Origin: Salpingoeca rosetta
Lineage: Eukaryota > Protista > Choanoflagellata
Assembly (NCBI GenBank): GCA_033442325.1
Contig: JAWQFM010000006.1
Location: forward strand, 847,228-892,812
DNA length: 45,585 nucleotides
Direction: 5' to 3'
In this document: positions 44,505 to 45,585 of the stretch, one piece after another
Position numbering within the stretch: the first letter of the stretch is position 1
Layout of the letters: every line of letters starts with the position of its first letter
Program-made: the position numbers and the translations under genes
Notes under the pieces: generated by a model
The model's database searches: none
What the model was told of the DNA's origin: nothing
The model's input: only the letters and a program-made list of their open reading frames with translations

Positions 44505-44962
44505 TGTGGGTGGAAGGGAGAAAGAGGCGCATACATCAACTGAAAACACACACATACATACATACATACATACATACATACATACATACATACATACATA
44601 CATACATACATACATACACACATACATACATACACACACACACGACATGGCGGCGCAACTCACGGCTGGGAGCCGAGTGTGTCGAGCTCGTCGTCATCGA
44701 GAGCGTCGAGTCCAGGGAATCCCTTGGCTGTTGCATTGGGGAAATGCGACATGGACGGAGGCGGGGGTAGCATTAGGCGAAGGCGAAGAGAATGAGGAAG
44801 GGAAACAAAGGCGAGCTTGTGGCGCCAGAGACTAACAAGACTCAAAGCATGCAACCAAACAACCACACTGAAAACACACTCGTGTAAACGGGAGAACGCG
44901 GCACACCACGCACACACATGAGCGTACACACGCACACACGAGCGCACACGACGCTTACTCAT
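42939..44962 (-). CDS. SH2-domain-only protein, 141 aa, 8 coding exons
   Basis: Exons 44962-44959, 44727-44664, 44432-44375, 44118-44057, 43838-43779, 43582-43511, 43285-43233 and 42991-42939 (426 nt, all GT-AG, all phases consistent). Translation: MTKGFPGLDALDDDELDTLGSQPWNWGRISRDEAVKELSGKPEGTFLVRMSQSQDDAYSISVVQDGQVRHIRVLSVEGGFCINKADAPCETIADLIAEKQGEKIKSKLQGETTKETVLLRHPHPFPEDDAVVFDGKSFLSK. Contains W-x-W-G-x-I-S-R, GTFLVR, YSISV and VRH. Confidence 0.88.
44551..44632. repeat. (CATA)n tetranucleotide microsatellite, intronic
   Basis: Tandem CATA/TACA units in SH2-gene intron 2. Confidence 0.95.
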
Positions 44963-45065
44963 TGTGAAGGTTGCTGATGGAAGGCGGTAATAGAAAGCAC
45001 GTCTGACTGTTTTTGCGTGTTGCGTGGATGTGTTGAGAGGAGACGGTAAGGCCCATACAACACAC

Positions 45066-45126
45066 ACAACCACAACCACAACCACAACCACAACCACAAC
45101 CACAACCACAACCACAACCACAACCA
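45066..45126. repeat. (CACAAC)n hexanucleotide microsatellite
   Basis: About 10 tandem CACAAC units upstream of the SH2 start, probably in a 5'UTR intron. Confidence 0.95.
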
Positions 45127-45220
45127 CGCACGCACACGACAACAAAAACAAGAGAACACAGCGAGTGCACACGATACAGCACACGCGTTTTCAGCCACGT
45201 TCCACAACCCCACCGGTGGA

Positions 45221-45256
<36 letters not shown>

Positions 45257-45481
45257 AGGACGAGGCAAACAAACAAATAGAGGACGAAGGGAGGAGGAGG
45301 GAGGGTGGCGCAGCCAAACCAAACACCCCGCACACACCTTCGTCGTCCGCGACTGGTCGTTGCTTCACTTTTCCCAGAACAGAAAAATGACCGTTTACAA
45401 GAAAGATTTTCACTCAGGCACCACTGGCGTCCACCTTGTGCTGTCGGGGACAGTGGATGACTGGATGACTGAGTCGTCGTG

Positions 45482-45568
<87 letters not shown>

Positions 45569-45585
45569 TGTGTGTGTGTGTGTGT

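Overview
Eukaryotic, intron-dense DNA packed with (GT)n/(CA)n microsatellites and two N-gaps. The gene content (SH2 protein, TKL receptor kinase, soluble adenylyl cyclase) and the intron style suggest a unicellular holozoan, most likely a choanoflagellate such as Salpingoeca rosetta; this is inference. Most ORFs in the six-frame track are microsatellite artefacts. Manual splicing gives seven genes: (1) a 5'-truncated PDIA4/ERp72-like protein disulfide isomerase (+, ends KDEL); (2) a secreted Ntn-hydrolase, acid-ceramidase/Dcd1A/C45-like (+); (3) a Kelch-repeat/Cys-rich/EGF single-pass TKL receptor kinase (-) with DFT in place of DFG and a ~200-aa activation segment; (4) an HspBP1/Fes1-like Hsp70 exchange factor (-); (5) a USP48-like deubiquitinase (+); (6) an ADCY10-type soluble adenylyl cyclase (-) with a degenerate P-loop, an IQ motif and a C-terminal coiled coil; (7) a 141-aa SH2-only protein in 8 tiny exons (-) that the ORF track misses. 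The strongest leads are the IQ-bearing cyclase with an 18-bp CRE palindrome upstream, the SH2-only protein, the unusual receptor kinase, and a recurring GT-then-CA repeat polarity inside introns. All gene models are manual and untested against transcripts.
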